Below, piece by piece: positions 35,839-45,617 of a DNA stretch of 64,000 nucleotides; the stretch's first letter is position 1, and each line of letters opens with the position of its first letter. Below the pieces are notes generated by a model. The model ran no database searches and was not told the DNA's origin. It saw nothing but the letters and a program-made list of their open reading frames with translations. Location of the stretch: positions 62,001-126,000 of IMG/VR virus record IMGVR_UViG_3300019458_000021; one strand, written 5' to 3'. A program made the translations under genes and the position numbers.

Positions 35839-38741
35839 GAGATTGTCTCGATATTCACGCCACCGAACGATTCATACGTCTTGATGAATCGTTGCATGCT
35901 AACTTGTCTTTGACCTGGCGCATACGCTCCTGGTAAAGATGCCCATTGTGACTTTAACTTGTTTACGGCCGTAACAATCCGACCTGCTTTAATGTCGTTA
36001 AACGCATTGAAGTTTTTGAAGATTTGTTCGCACGCTTGATCTTGGCTGTCTGCACCAAAATCTGTCAAACCAAGCTGCGCTTTGATTGCGTTCCAAGTCG
36101 TTAGAACGATCTGATATCCACCAGCAGCACTTGATGGAAGAACAACCTTCTTGTTTGTGGTATCTTGCGTACCTCTCAAAGTGTCGATAAATGCCCTTGT
36201 TAGACCTTCAATCTTAGACACAATCTTTGCTGCTGTCACACGGAAGTTGTCACTGACAACAAGCTGTGGAGTTACTCCAGCAGCTGGATGATCATCGAGC
36301 GATGAACATTCTGTTCCCGGATTAACGATCTTCCGATAGTTGATTGTTCCTTCTTTGGTCAATGTGCCTTCACCTTTTGCAATCGCGTGGCGGAACGCAT
36401 AGAGATTCTTTTGCTCTTGGTCGTTGGTTGGCAGCTGTGGTGCTTCGTCTTGAACAATAACAGGTGTTGGATTTACAACCGTCGAACGTTGTACCTGATC
36501 AGTAGGTGGTGATTCAGGTTGGCCAGTACCACATGGTGCCTTCAACATTTGTTGAGCTTTTTCTTGCGGACATTCAAGCTGCGCTGTTAGACTGTCGTTT
36601 GCTGTCCTTGTGTCTGGTTGACCATCAGCAGACGGTTTCGGCTGCTGACAAGGAACTGTTGAACCAAAACAGTCGACAATTTGTTCTGTGAACGCAACAG
36701 CAGAACGTCGCTTATCGTTCAAGAACGCAAATGTTCCTGGGTCTGGCAGAGCAATCATATTGAGCGTTTGGTTAAACTCTCCCTGCGTAAATTCATGATT
36801 GATTGCATAGATGTAGTAATAGCCTTGAAACCAGAAGTTCGCAGCATAGTTTGAACGATCGCGAAACGCTTGTAGGTCGTCTTGATCGGCAGGCATTTTG
36901 ATGTTAAGCTTTGCAAGCATTGGAAAGTCCCCCATAGACATACCACGAATCTCTCCTTGAGATTCCGCCGGGGCTGACGGCTGCGCAGAGCAAACGTCTA
37001 CATTTCCTGATTTGTCACGAACAACCGCATCAAGAAATCTGAATACCGAATCTGGATTCGACATCTCACTAGCTGTGTGGAGAAATGCCGTATTACCACG
37101 AATCTTAACAGTTGCTTCAGCAACTTCAAGACTAGCATGTTTTGCCATCGTGTAGTTCGCACCAATGTTTTCTCCCGGATACATAGTGTTAAGTCCACGA
37201 CGTTGCGCCTGCGCACCAAAATATAGCGGAATCTTCAACGGCTGACCTGGATTCTGACGATTCTTTTCAGCATTTGGATTGATGTGTGTTGAACTACTGG
37301 GTGCCGCTTCGAGTTGCTGTTTGAACGAGTTAGCAGAAGTTGCTGTCTGCATATACCCCATTCCAAGATTCAACTTCAGATCAAACTCCAGAATATCGGT
37401 GTTTAGTCCGGTGTAAATGTAATCGAAGATTGTCAAATTGTCACTGATCACTTTATCGTTGAACACGCGTTCGTTTTCCGACTTCCCACCAACGAGTTCC
37501 GCAACAAGACCCGCCTTTGGTGACACAAACTGCTTGATCGTATAAACAATTTGGACTTTGTTCTCAAGGGCCCGAAGAGCAGTTTGCACCTTGTATTCGT
37601 ACTTGATCACACTACCCTTACCATCTTTCACGCCGGCCATTTCTTCGAGAATCTGGGGACTGAGTTGCATGACACCACGAATCGCACTTTCAATACTACC
37701 GCCAATGGTTTGCTTAACGTAAGCCTTACCTTTTTCACAATCAACCGTGTCGCGGTACTGTTGAGGGCGATCGGTCACTAGATAACGCTCGTTACAGTAC
37801 ACAGGATCAAGAAGAATAATGTACTCAACCGGTAGATAGTCCGAAACTGTGTTGACAAAGTTCGTACCATCGAGAAGGTGAAGCTTCTGCTCAAAGCAAT
37901 TCTTGTATTCAGTGTATCGATCATTGATATAGATCTGAAGCTGTTGCATTGCATCACGCAACGATGGACCAACCTGCAAAGCAAAACCATCAGCAGCACG
38001 AGAATATTGCGGCAGACGTGTCGCACCATTTGCAAGGCCTACAAATGACAAATCATACGTGCCACCTTGTTCGGTGTAAACACCGGTTAGATCATACGGA
38101 ATGAACATCAACGGACGAACATCAGCGATTGTTTGTGCGATGTCCTGTCTCGTGTTTGGATCGACAGCATATCCAACGAAGAATGGTTTCAACATCCACG
38201 TGACCATTGACGCATCAACGCCCAATGCCTGACAGCATCGAATTACCTGATCAACAAACAGAATGCCACGTGGTTCGGAAACCTTAATGTTGCCTTCAAC
38301 AGCAATAGACGTTCCTGCATCACCGGGAACAGCTTCGCCGGCTGTTACTGACATCCATGTCACGTCTGTAATTGCAAATGCAGCATCTGTAGCTCCAAAG
38401 ATTAGTACGCAGTAATCGTTACTCGTATTGCCGCCATCCAAAGCGCGAGGAGCGTATTGTTCAAGACCTTCAACGTTCCAAAGCTGTGCTTCTTTTGGCC
38501 CTGTTGGATGTTGCCAAGCTGTAACATTTGTTTGTTGAGCGAGCGTTTCTGCAATCTCTGTTGTTCGACAAAGAACCAGTGAGAAAAAATAGCTGTAAGA
38601 GCGCATTTCCGACAAACGGTTGATGTCTACCGCTCGACGGCCTAGAACGCCCTCAGGATGGTCGAATTCCGAAACAGGCGTCCTTTGACGAGGATCCTGC
38701 AGCGGCGCTTCGTTGTCGAACTGTCCGATATTGTCTGGCAT
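35835..38741 (-). CDS. Baseplate hub-like protein with C-terminal lambda-R-type muramidase/transglycosylase
   Basis: Hub-like region ending FWFQGYYYIYAINHEF..GEFNQTL; C-terminus AFRHAIAKGEGT, AAGGYQI...TW, LGLTDF..DSQD.A, QWASLPG. Confidence 0.75.
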   Translation of the reverse strand: MPDNIGQFDNEAPLQDPRQRTPVSEFDHPEGVLGRRAVDINRLSEMRSYSYFFSLVLCRTTEIAETLAQQTNVTAWQHPTGPKEAQLWNVEGLEQYAPRALDGGNTSNDYCVLIFGATDAAFAITDVTWMSVTAGEAVPGDAGTSIAVEGNIKVSEPRGILFVDQVIRCCQALGVDASMVTWMLKPFFVGYAVDPNTRQDIAQTIADVRPLMFIPYDLTGVYTEQGGTYDLSFVGLANGATRLPQYSRAADGFALQVGPSLRDAMQQLQIYINDRYTEYKNCFEQKLHLLDGTNFVNTVSDYLPVEYIILLDPVYCNERYLVTDRPQQYRDTVDCEKGKAYVKQTIGGSIESAIRGVMQLSPQILEEMAGVKDGKGSVIKYEYKVQTALRALENKVQIVYTIKQFVSPKAGLVAELVGGKSENERVFNDKVISDNLTIFDYIYTGLNTDILEFDLKLNLGMGYMQTATSANSFKQQLEAAPSSSTHINPNAEKNRQNPGQPLKIPLYFGAQAQRRGLNTMYPGENIGANYTMAKHASLEVAEATVKIRGNTAFLHTASEMSNPDSVFRFLDAVVRDKSGNVDVCSAQPSAPAESQGEIRGMSMGDFPMLAKLNIKMPADQDDLQAFRDRSNYAANFWFQGYYYIYAINHEFTQGEFNQTLNMIALPDPGTFAFLNDKRRSAVAFTEQIVDCFGSTVPCQQPKPSADGQPDTRTANDSLTAQLECPQEKAQQMLKAPCGTGQPESPPTDQVQRSTVVNPTPVIVQDEAPQLPTNDQEQKNLYAFRHAIAKGEGTLTKEGTINYRKIVNPGTECSSLDDHPAAGVTPQLVVSDNFRVTAAKIVSKIEGLTRAFIDTLRGTQDTTNKKVVLPSSAAGGYQIVLTTWNAIKAQLGLTDFGADSQDQACEQIFKNFNAFNDIKAGRIVTAVNKLKSQWASLPGAYAPGQRQVSMQRFIKTYESFGGVNIETIS

Positions 38742-39073
38742 TAGGCACCCGATACAACCAATGGTTTCGTCAAGAACTCAGTCTGAACACGTTCACGAGT
38801 TGGAAGAAGGATTTCTTTCCCTTCAGCGAATTCGAGATTTATGTCGACGATGTTGTTATAAAGCAAGATCACCCATGCAAGTGTTGCTTTACCATACACA
38901 TCGTATGCCAATAAGTCGGGACGAACAGCGTATCGCGGTGTAATTGTCAGTTTGATATCTGTCACAGAAGGTGCGTAGATTCGACGTTCCCACCATCCCA
39001 ATCGATCACGGAGCTGTTCTACTGTTCCACCCTGTACGTATCTTCCGTCACGTGTTTGATCTGATCTTGCCAT
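38741..39073 (-). CDS. LysM-like baseplate protein (gp53-like)
   Basis: RYAVRPDLLAYDVYG...LAWVILLYNNI.D......G..I.LP. Confidence 0.85.
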   Translation of the reverse strand: MARSDQTRDGRYVQGGTVEQLRDRLGWWERRIYAPSVTDIKLTITPRYAVRPDLLAYDVYGKATLAWVILLYNNIVDINLEFAEGKEILLPTRERVQTEFLTKPLVVSGA

Positions 39074-39082
39074 TGTTGTTCC

Positions 39083-39847
39083 TTAGAACGAGTCCAGTTG
39101 ACCCGTCTTGTATTTAATCAGTGAGAATCGTTCAAACTCACGAGGCGAATGGGTTTCTGCCAGTTCAATCGACACATCCCAACGCACAGGACATGGTTGA
39201 CGATAAAGATTCGGAATGTAGTCAACATCATCCGGATACGTAATGCTCAAGCTCGTAAGGACAACAGGAATCTTGTTCAGGTGAACATTTGGCAATCGAG
39301 AACGATCTGTGTCCGGAGCGGAATATGCATATAGGTAAAGAACTTCTGGAGGCGCTCCGAGCAGCTCAAACCCAGTCTTTGACGCTCGAGCGCGCAACGT
39401 CTGAATCTCAGCTGCTTGTGCTGGATCAAGCGCACGTTGCTGTTCGCGCATCATCTGTTGCATTGCACGGTCACGAGCAGTTGCTTCACTCTCCAACTGG
39501 CGTCGCTTGTTCGATTGACTATCTGTCAATGTTGAACTTCCAACACCAAAGAAAGGAAAACGCCACGAACGGAGCAGCTGTACTGCTTCCATGCTTTGTG
39601 TTGCTTCGCCGCTGGTACGTGAAATGAACTTGTGAGAGATGGAAAACGAGCGAGGCTGAGTGTTCTTATACACTTGTATTGCTCCAGGCATGTGAATCGG
39701 CATCACCGGTGTGTACTCTACACCGCCGCTCTCGGTAAACTGAGGCGTGTTGTCAAACACGACTTGTTGAACACGAAACCGGTCATCGCCTGTTGCAATG
39801 TTGTTCAGAGATGACACTAGTCGAACCTTAAAGATGCTGTTGGCCAT
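39083..39847 (-). CDS. Tail tube initiator/baseplate protein (gp48/gp54- or CIS-tube-like)
   Basis: FDNTP...ES..VEY, YKNT.PRSFSI, GAPPEVLYL, IPVVLTSLSITYPDDVDY; TAAATA at 39867-39872. Confidence 0.65.
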   Translation of the reverse strand: MANSIFKVRLVSSLNNIATGDDRFRVQQVVFDNTPQFTESGGVEYTPVMPIHMPGAIQVYKNTQPRSFSISHKFISRTSGEATQSMEAVQLLRSWRFPFFGVGSSTLTDSQSNKRRQLESEATARDRAMQQMMREQQRALDPAQAAEIQTLRARASKTGFELLGAPPEVLYLYAYSAPDTDRSRLPNVHLNKIPVVLTSLSITYPDDVDYIPNLYRQPCPVRWDVSIELAETHSPREFERFSLIKYKTGQLDSF

Positions 39848-39857
39848 TTTCCACTCG

Positions 39858-39873
39858 GTAAATAAGTATTTAC
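39858..39873. promoter_or_regulatory. Palindromic face-to-face late promoter pair
   Basis: GTAAATA-AG-TATTTAC inverted repeat giving TAAATA on both strands. Confidence 0.6.
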
Positions 39874-39878
39874 ACCTG

Positions 39879-39906
39879 TTGCCCTAAAGGAAAAATCCAC
39901 TATAAT
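39879..39906 (+). promoter_or_regulatory. Sigma70-type promoter of the late sigma gene
   Basis: TTGCCC-16 nt-TATAAT upstream of ATG 39943. Confidence 0.6.
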
Positions 39907-39942
39907 GACCAGAGAAGCCGTAATTTCACAAGGAAGGCTCGA

Positions 39943-41817
39943 ATGAATAACAAGAAGAAATCGACCAAGAAGGCTAGTGAGAAGCTGTCTTACTACCAGC
40001 GAAAAAAACTAGAACGTCTAAAAGAAGAACGAAGAGCTCTTCGTGAACAACGTAAGAAACAAAAAGAGAAAGAAGCGAAGAACCCTAAAATCGCAAAGCG
40101 CAAAAAATCAAAGAAACAGGGTCCTGACAAAGCCAAAGTCAAGCGCTCTCCTGTTACCAAGCCGAAAAAACAACCTCGTGTTAAAGCAGTTGAGATTCTG
40201 CCTCAACTCGTTGTAGTTGACCTTCCAGAATTGGAGGAAGAGAAACCCATCTACAATCCAACCGCCGCAAGTGCTCTTGCAGGTAAGAATATCTATCTGA
40301 ACAACAGGGACTTGCTTGCTGCTGTCAAAGACAGCAAGAAGAGGGGAGAGATGTCAGATAAGTTGGCTCGAATGCTACAGTTGCTTTGTGCCAAGTATGC
40401 AAAGAAAGGCAACTTTATCAACTACTGTGTTGATAGTGCCACACTAGCACTAACAAAAAGTGGTTGGAAAACACATCAACAAATGACAACGGACGATGAG
40501 ATTCTTTCGTATAACCTGGAAACACAACAGCTGGTATGGTCAAAAGTTCTTGAAGTGTTTCGAAATAACTACTCAAGTACGATGCACAAACTAGCAACAC
40601 AAGGACTCGATGCTCTAGTAACACCAAATCATAAGTTTGTTTCCATAGAACGTGGTTTGATTCCCGTTGAAGACATCATCTGCAATGAACACATCGTTTT
40701 AATGGGACAACCGGTGGCAGATGGTAGTATTATCTATCCCGATGATGTTGTGGAGCTTGTAGGATGGTGTGTTACTGAAGGACACTACAGCACTAAATCT
40801 AAAAAGCGACACTCGATACAGATTTCCCAAAAACAAGGAGCCAAAGCTAACCGAATCCGTGAACTGTTACAGTCACTTGCTATTCCCCATAAGGAATATC
40901 TGAACAAACAGGGGATTATTCTCTTTAACTGTACAGGCGTCTGGATATCAAAAATACATCAAACAATTGCTCCGTCTCGTGTACCTGCATGCGAATTTCT
41001 TTTAGACCTTATTCAAACACAACGACTGTTACTTATCAAAACTATGGTGGCTGGAGATGGATGGATGCGACCATCAGGAGGGATGTCATACGTGCAAAAG
41101 TCCCCCGAACATATTGACGCATTCCTAATGCTCTGTACATTGGCAGGTCAGACTGTTTCTGTCACACCAATGACATACAAAACACCTACCAGTCGAAAAA
41201 ATCCCAATGGCGGTGTTAGCGATGTACTCAGCGTGAACATTTATAGTGAACCTAAAACAACATGTCGTGCGGAGTGGATTGACTTTCATGGTGGAAAGCA
41301 AACAGCTGGCGGTCGCAGGAACGACAAACCGAACCTACCCACCGAGCAATACACCGGACAGATATGGTGCCCACGGACTGAGTATGGAACTTTTGTCGCT
41401 CGTCGTGGCAAGTATATCTACATCACAGGGAATACGTACAATGACGACATGCAAGGGTATGCAATGATGATGCTTGTTCGGACGTGGAACAGTTTCGATC
41501 CTGAACGTAGCGAGAACGCATTTGCATTCTATACACAGTGTATCAAGAGTTCGTTCATTCAATATCTCAACCAAGAGAAACGACAACGAACAATTCGTGA
41601 TATGATGCTTGTCGATCAAGGTCTCAATCCTTCTTTCAGTTATGAAGGTGAGGGCAGTGATCAACATATTCTTGAGGATGAACAGGACTTTTATGCGCAG
41701 AAACGTGCAGCTGATCTGTTAACACGACTTCCTAGAGAATACGAAGAGGGTTCGACAGATGTTGACAGAACCCCCTCGGAACCAGATAATGTTGAGTCTA
41801 ACAATACTGCCAGATAA
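39943..41817 (+). CDS. gp55: Late-transcription sigma factor (T4 gp55-like) with intein and basic N-terminal extension
   Basis: IYLNNRDLL..V; exteins join to KGNFINY/TYNDDM; FDPERSENAFAFYTQCIKSSFIQYLNQEKRQ; gene order 55-47-46 as in T4. Confidence 0.9.
   Translation: MNNKKKSTKKASEKLSYYQRKKLERLKEERRALREQRKKQKEKEAKNPKIAKRKKSKKQGPDKAKVKRSPVTKPKKQPRVKAVEILPQLVVVDLPELEEEKPIYNPTAASALAGKNIYLNNRDLLAAVKDSKKRGEMSDKLARMLQLLCAKYAKKGNFINYCVDSATLALTKSGWKTHQQMTTDDEILSYNLETQQLVWSKVLEVFRNNYSSTMHKLATQGLDALVTPNHKFVSIERGLIPVEDIICNEHIVLMGQPVADGSIIYPDDVVELVGWCVTEGHYSTKSKKRHSIQISQKQGAKANRIRELLQSLAIPHKEYLNKQGIILFNCTGVWISKIHQTIAPSRVPACEFLLDLIQTQRLLLIKTMVAGDGWMRPSGGMSYVQKSPEHIDAFLMLCTLAGQTVSVTPMTYKTPTSRKNPNGGVSDVLSVNIYSEPKTTCRAEWIDFHGGKQTAGGRRNDKPNLPTEQYTGQIWCPRTEYGTFVARRGKYIYITGNTYNDDMQGYAMMMLVRTWNSFDPERSENAFAFYTQCIKSSFIQYLNQEKRQRTIRDMMLVDQGLNPSFSYEGEGSDQHILEDEQDFYAQKRAADLLTRLPREYEEGSTDVDRTPSEPDNVESNNTAR
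40426..41433 (+). mobile_element. Intein (336 aa) with LAGLIDADG-type endonuclease
   Basis: Starts at Cys162 (CVDSATLALTKSGW); block B LVTPNHKF; LVGWCVTEGHY and IKTMVAGDGW; block F IWCPRTEYGTFVA; ends ITGN followed by Thr+1. Confidence 0.92.
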
Positions 41818-42538
41818 AACCGCCAGCGGTTTTTGATTTACCACGACAACATTCACTAATGTTATGTAACATTACACCTGTTGCATGTTGTGCGGCTGTT
41901 AGTGATCGAAACGTTCTAATTAGAATACCATCAAGTGATAATTGCCGAACTGTGCGAAAATATTTCTTTGAGAAAATCGGAGGCGAAGATCCATAATAAC
42001 ACCATAAAAAACCACCCGCCGATCTTCTCTTTCCCTTGCAACACTGACTGATGTACGAGGCGTTTGCTTTCGTCACTTCACTTGCCAATTTGCATGACGA
42101 GAAACTTGCAAGCAACTTTCCGTCAAGCGAATATTGCGAAACTGGTTTCTCTATGATCGGCAAATATCCACGTTTTCCTTTCATCTTCGTACTTAGGATT
42201 TTGCGTCGAACATTAGTCCACGCGGTAGAGTTTCCTTCACCACCTTCAGTCAGATTACATAGAATACCGGTGTGATTTATCAATCGCCCGTAGTAACTTA
42301 TCAGTTCTTTCTCTTTTTGAAAAGCCTCCGCTTCACTTACATTAATTAAAACTTTTTCGTATACAGGCTTCTTTCCTCGTTGATAGAGCTTACATAACTT
42401 ATTTTTCAACAAAGGATTTGTCAATCGACTTCGCACACGATTATGCTCGTACATACGCGTTCCTGAACCTTTACCTACGTAGAAAGGTTGTCGCGAATCC
42501 GGATCTATAATACAATACGTGTAGAAATTTCTATTCAT
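41798..42538 (-). CDS. GIY-YIG-like homing endonuclease with two NUMOD1 domains
   Basis: FYTYCIID...PFYVGKG...R.Y.H; two V.Q.SLDG.L...F.S...A......IS.CC.GK...AGGF.W repeats. Confidence 0.85.
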   Translation of the reverse strand: MNRNFYTYCIIDPDSRQPFYVGKGSGTRMYEHNRVRSRLTNPLLKNKLCKLYQRGKKPVYEKVLINVSEAEAFQKEKELISYYGRLINHTGILCNLTEGGEGNSTAWTNVRRKILSTKMKGKRGYLPIIEKPVSQYSLDGKLLASFSSCKLASEVTKANASYISQCCKGKRRSAGGFLWCYYGSSPPIFSKKYFRTVRQLSLDGILIRTFRSLTAAQHATGVMLHNISECCRGKSKTAGGFIWQYC

Positions 42539-42551
42539 AATAAGAAGTTCC

Positions 42552-42583
42552 GTAAATATTTACCGTAATGAATGGTATTTATA
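42552..42583. promoter_or_regulatory. Late promoter cluster between divergent genes
   Basis: Palindrome GTAAATATTTAC 42552-42563 and a perfect TATAAATA on the minus strand at 42576-42583. Confidence 0.65.
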
Positions 42584-43674
42584 AGGAGACTGCCTTGAGC
42601 AAACAATTGCGGAAAATGGCCGCACTAACCGATATACACTTCGGTAAAAAAGCAAATTCACAGCTGCATAATGAAGACTGTTTACGATTTATCGATTGGT
42701 TTCTTATTCAGGCGCAAGAAAACAACTGCGATTACATTGCTTTCCTTGGTGATTGGAACGAGAACAGAAGCGCCCTAAACATTGCAACACTCAACTTCTC
42801 ATACCAGGGAGCAAAACGGATTAACGCCGTTGGACTCCCGGTCTTCTTTTGTATTGGGAATCACGACCTTTACCATCGACACACACGAGAAGTGTATTCT
42901 GTCGTTCCTTTCCAGGAATTCAAACACTTCCAAATGATCGATCAACCAATTCTCATTCCGGAGATCGGTGATGGAGCTGTATTCAGTCCATATCTTTTTC
43001 ACGACGAATATCCTGGAATGATGCAGTACTTAGACACACCGTTTTGGGCTGGTCATTTCGAGTTTCAAGGATTTCAAGTCACTGGATATGGTGTGAAGAT
43101 GCAAACAGGACCTGATCCAAAGTTGTTCAAAGGTCCGAAACACATCGTATCAGGCCACTTCCATAAGCGACAAACAATGGATAACATAGTCTACATGGGG
43201 AATTGTTTTCCAATGGATTTCGGTGATACGGGCGATGACAATCGCGGAATGATGATCTATGATCATGTTACACAAGAAATGACGTTCATCAACTGGGCCG
43301 ACTGTCCGAAGTATGTCAAGACAAAGTACACTGATCTTCTTGATGGAGTTGTTGATATTCCTGTTCAATCGCGTGTTCGTTGTATAATGGATGATCCACA
43401 CGCATCATTTGAGGAAATTACTTTTGTTCGAGCAACTTGGCTCGAGAAATACAACCTTCGTGAATTTATCATGGAGGAGACAATGCATCTTGATGAAGCG
43501 CGAACGTCTACAGTAACGACAGCTGATGTGAATTCGCTCGAGACAGACATCGATTCCGCTAAGGATGAAACCAACAGTTTCGACGAACTTGTCGTGCAGA
43601 TGTTGAATGACATCAAGAGTGACGCAATCGACAACACTCTTCTCATCGAACAATACAGGATGATTCCGTCATGA
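42568..43674 (+). CDS. gp47: Recombination endonuclease subunit (gp47, Mre11/SbcD-like)
   Basis: TDIHFG, FLGDW, IGNHD, GHFE, SGHFH metallophosphoesterase motifs; likely real start TTG 42595 after AAGGAG. Confidence 0.95.
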   Translation: MNGIYKETALSKQLRKMAALTDIHFGKKANSQLHNEDCLRFIDWFLIQAQENNCDYIAFLGDWNENRSALNIATLNFSYQGAKRINAVGLPVFFCIGNHDLYHRHTREVYSVVPFQEFKHFQMIDQPILIPEIGDGAVFSPYLFHDEYPGMMQYLDTPFWAGHFEFQGFQVTGYGVKMQTGPDPKLFKGPKHIVSGHFHKRQTMDNIVYMGNCFPMDFGDTGDDNRGMMIYDHVTQEMTFINWADCPKYVKTKYTDLLDGVVDIPVQSRVRCIMDDPHASFEEITFVRATWLEKYNLREFIMEETMHLDEARTSTVTTADVNSLETDIDSAKDETNSFDELVVQMLNDIKSDAIDNTLLIEQYRMIPS

Positions 43675-45617
43675 TCGAGTTCACGTCACTCACACTGCGA
43701 AACTTCCTCTCCTATGGTAACAACACAACGATTGTTAACCTCTCTCGTCAAAACACAACAACACTGATTGTTGGTGAGGACCTCGATAACACCGCTGATG
43801 GAAAGGGAGCAAACGGCGTTGGCAAGACAGCAATCATCAATGCGTTAACATATGCAGTATACGACACACCGATTTCGAATATTTCCAAGGACAACCTTGT
43901 TAACAATATCAACAAGAAGAACATGGAGGTTGTTGTTGAATTCAAAATGCCGAGTGGTGATCAGTACACAATTAAACGTGCTCGTAAGATGAAAGCTGGA
44001 GCAGCTGGAAACACAGTGTACCTGCTCAAAAACGAGGTTGATATTACACCAGATAGTGCCAATGCAACAAATGCACTGATCCAAAAGATCATCGGGATTC
44101 CTTACGAGTTGTTCATCCGCATTGTTGTGTTTTCAGCTGCTCACACACCGTTCTTAGATCTAAAAGCAGCTGACCAAGCCGCAATGATTGAAGAACTGTT
44201 TGGTTTGACAATGCTTTCTGAAAAGGCCACTTACCTTAAGGACATGATTCGCGATACTGAATCCAAGATTGCGATCCAACAGGTGTTGGTCGGTGAGAAG
44301 GAAAGGGAACGTTCTCAATATGACAAACAGGTAGAATCAGCGCGTCAAAGAATTGACGCATGGGTTTTAAAACATAATAAAGATGTCGGTGATCTTGTCG
44401 AAAAGGCAGCGATTTGGAAAAACGAACGAGAAGCCCGGCGTCTCGCAGCAGTTCAAAAAATCGAAGCGTGGGAGTCTGACCATTCGCGTGATGTTAAGAC
44501 GTATGAAGATAGGTTGATTATTCTTTCAGAGATTGACTTCAATCACGAACAGGATGTATTTGATGCAATAAAACAAGCAACTTCAGAACGTGATTCAATC
44601 GTTGCTGAACAACGAGAAAAGACTCGTGATAAAGCAACCCTTATGTCAAAGCTTCAGACAAACGAAAACGAGCTTGAGCATCTTCGGGACGCTAAATGTC
44701 CTCGTTGTTTCCAAAATATGCCAAATGCTACACAAGAGATTCAGAGGTGTGAAACACACTCAAACGAATGGATGGTAGCAATCGAACATATCCAAACTGA
44801 GCTTGCTGAACTCTCAACATCTTTAACAGTATGTGACGATAAAATCAAGACTTGGAAGATCAGCCTTCGGGTTCAAACCATCAACGATCTTGCCCAACTT
44901 CGAGCAGAAAAGGACAGTGCTAGTAGTAACCTGCAGCGAATTAAAACCGCTGTTAACCCTTTGATCGGTACTGATCTTGCCGTACTGGATGAAAAAAATC
45001 CTTATGTAGCTCAGCTTGATCGAGTAGAAAACGAGACAAACCCGCACATAGGTGCCTTCGACGAATTGCAAAAACTCGCACCACCAGCACCGGACTACAC
45101 AGCGATCAACTCACTAACAAAGGTTGTTGAACATCAACAGTTTCTGTTGAAGTTACTGACAAAGAAGGACAGTTTCGTCCGTAAGGCGCTTCTTAACAGA
45201 AACATTCCGTACCTCAACAATCGGCTTCAACACTATCTGTCACTGTTAGGATTACCACATAAAGTTGAGTTCACTCATGAAATGACAGCAAGGATCTCTC
45301 AGATTGGTCGCGAGCTGGATTTTGGTAATCTCTCGGCAGGTCAGGCAGCACGTGTGAATTTCGCACTCGCTCTTGCATTCCGAGATGTCCTCCAAGGTCG
45401 CCACGCAAAAATCAATGTGTGTATGCTCGACGAAGTGCTCGACCATGGATTGGATACAATTGGCGTCCAGGCGGCTGCGCGTCTGTTAAAGCGTAAGGCT
45501 CGCGATGAAGGACTTTCGTTGTACATCACCTCACACAGGGACGAAATTGACCGTGCTTTCGACCATACGATGACTGTGCAGTTGTCGAAAGGTTTCAGTT
45601 ATATCATCGAAGAATGA
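43671..45617 (+). CDS. gp46: Recombination ATPase subunit (gp46, Rad50/SbcC-like)
   Basis: NFLSYGN, Walker A GANGVGKT, Zn-hook CPRC, signature LSAGQ, Walker B LDEVLD.GLD, H-loop TSH. Confidence 0.96.
   Translation: MIEFTSLTLRNFLSYGNNTTIVNLSRQNTTTLIVGEDLDNTADGKGANGVGKTAIINALTYAVYDTPISNISKDNLVNNINKKNMEVVVEFKMPSGDQYTIKRARKMKAGAAGNTVYLLKNEVDITPDSANATNALIQKIIGIPYELFIRIVVFSAAHTPFLDLKAADQAAMIEELFGLTMLSEKATYLKDMIRDTESKIAIQQVLVGEKERERSQYDKQVESARQRIDAWVLKHNKDVGDLVEKAAIWKNEREARRLAAVQKIEAWESDHSRDVKTYEDRLIILSEIDFNHEQDVFDAIKQATSERDSIVAEQREKTRDKATLMSKLQTNENELEHLRDAKCPRCFQNMPNATQEIQRCETHSNEWMVAIEHIQTELAELSTSLTVCDDKIKTWKISLRVQTINDLAQLRAEKDSASSNLQRIKTAVNPLIGTDLAVLDEKNPYVAQLDRVENETNPHIGAFDELQKLAPPAPDYTAINSLTKVVEHQQFLLKLLTKKDSFVRKALLNRNIPYLNNRLQHYLSLLGLPHKVEFTHEMTARISQIGRELDFGNLSAGQAARVNFALALAFRDVLQGRHAKINVCMLDEVLDHGLDTIGVQAAARLLKRKARDEGLSLYITSHRDEIDRAFDHTMTVQLSKGFSYIIEE

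Noticed and set aside
13528-39847. PAAR, VgrG-like, gp25 and LysM genes as a T6SS or extracellular contractile injection system
   Set aside because: The same sequence has portal, protease, scaffold, capsid, DNA polymerase and late sigma genes, so these are phage tail parts.
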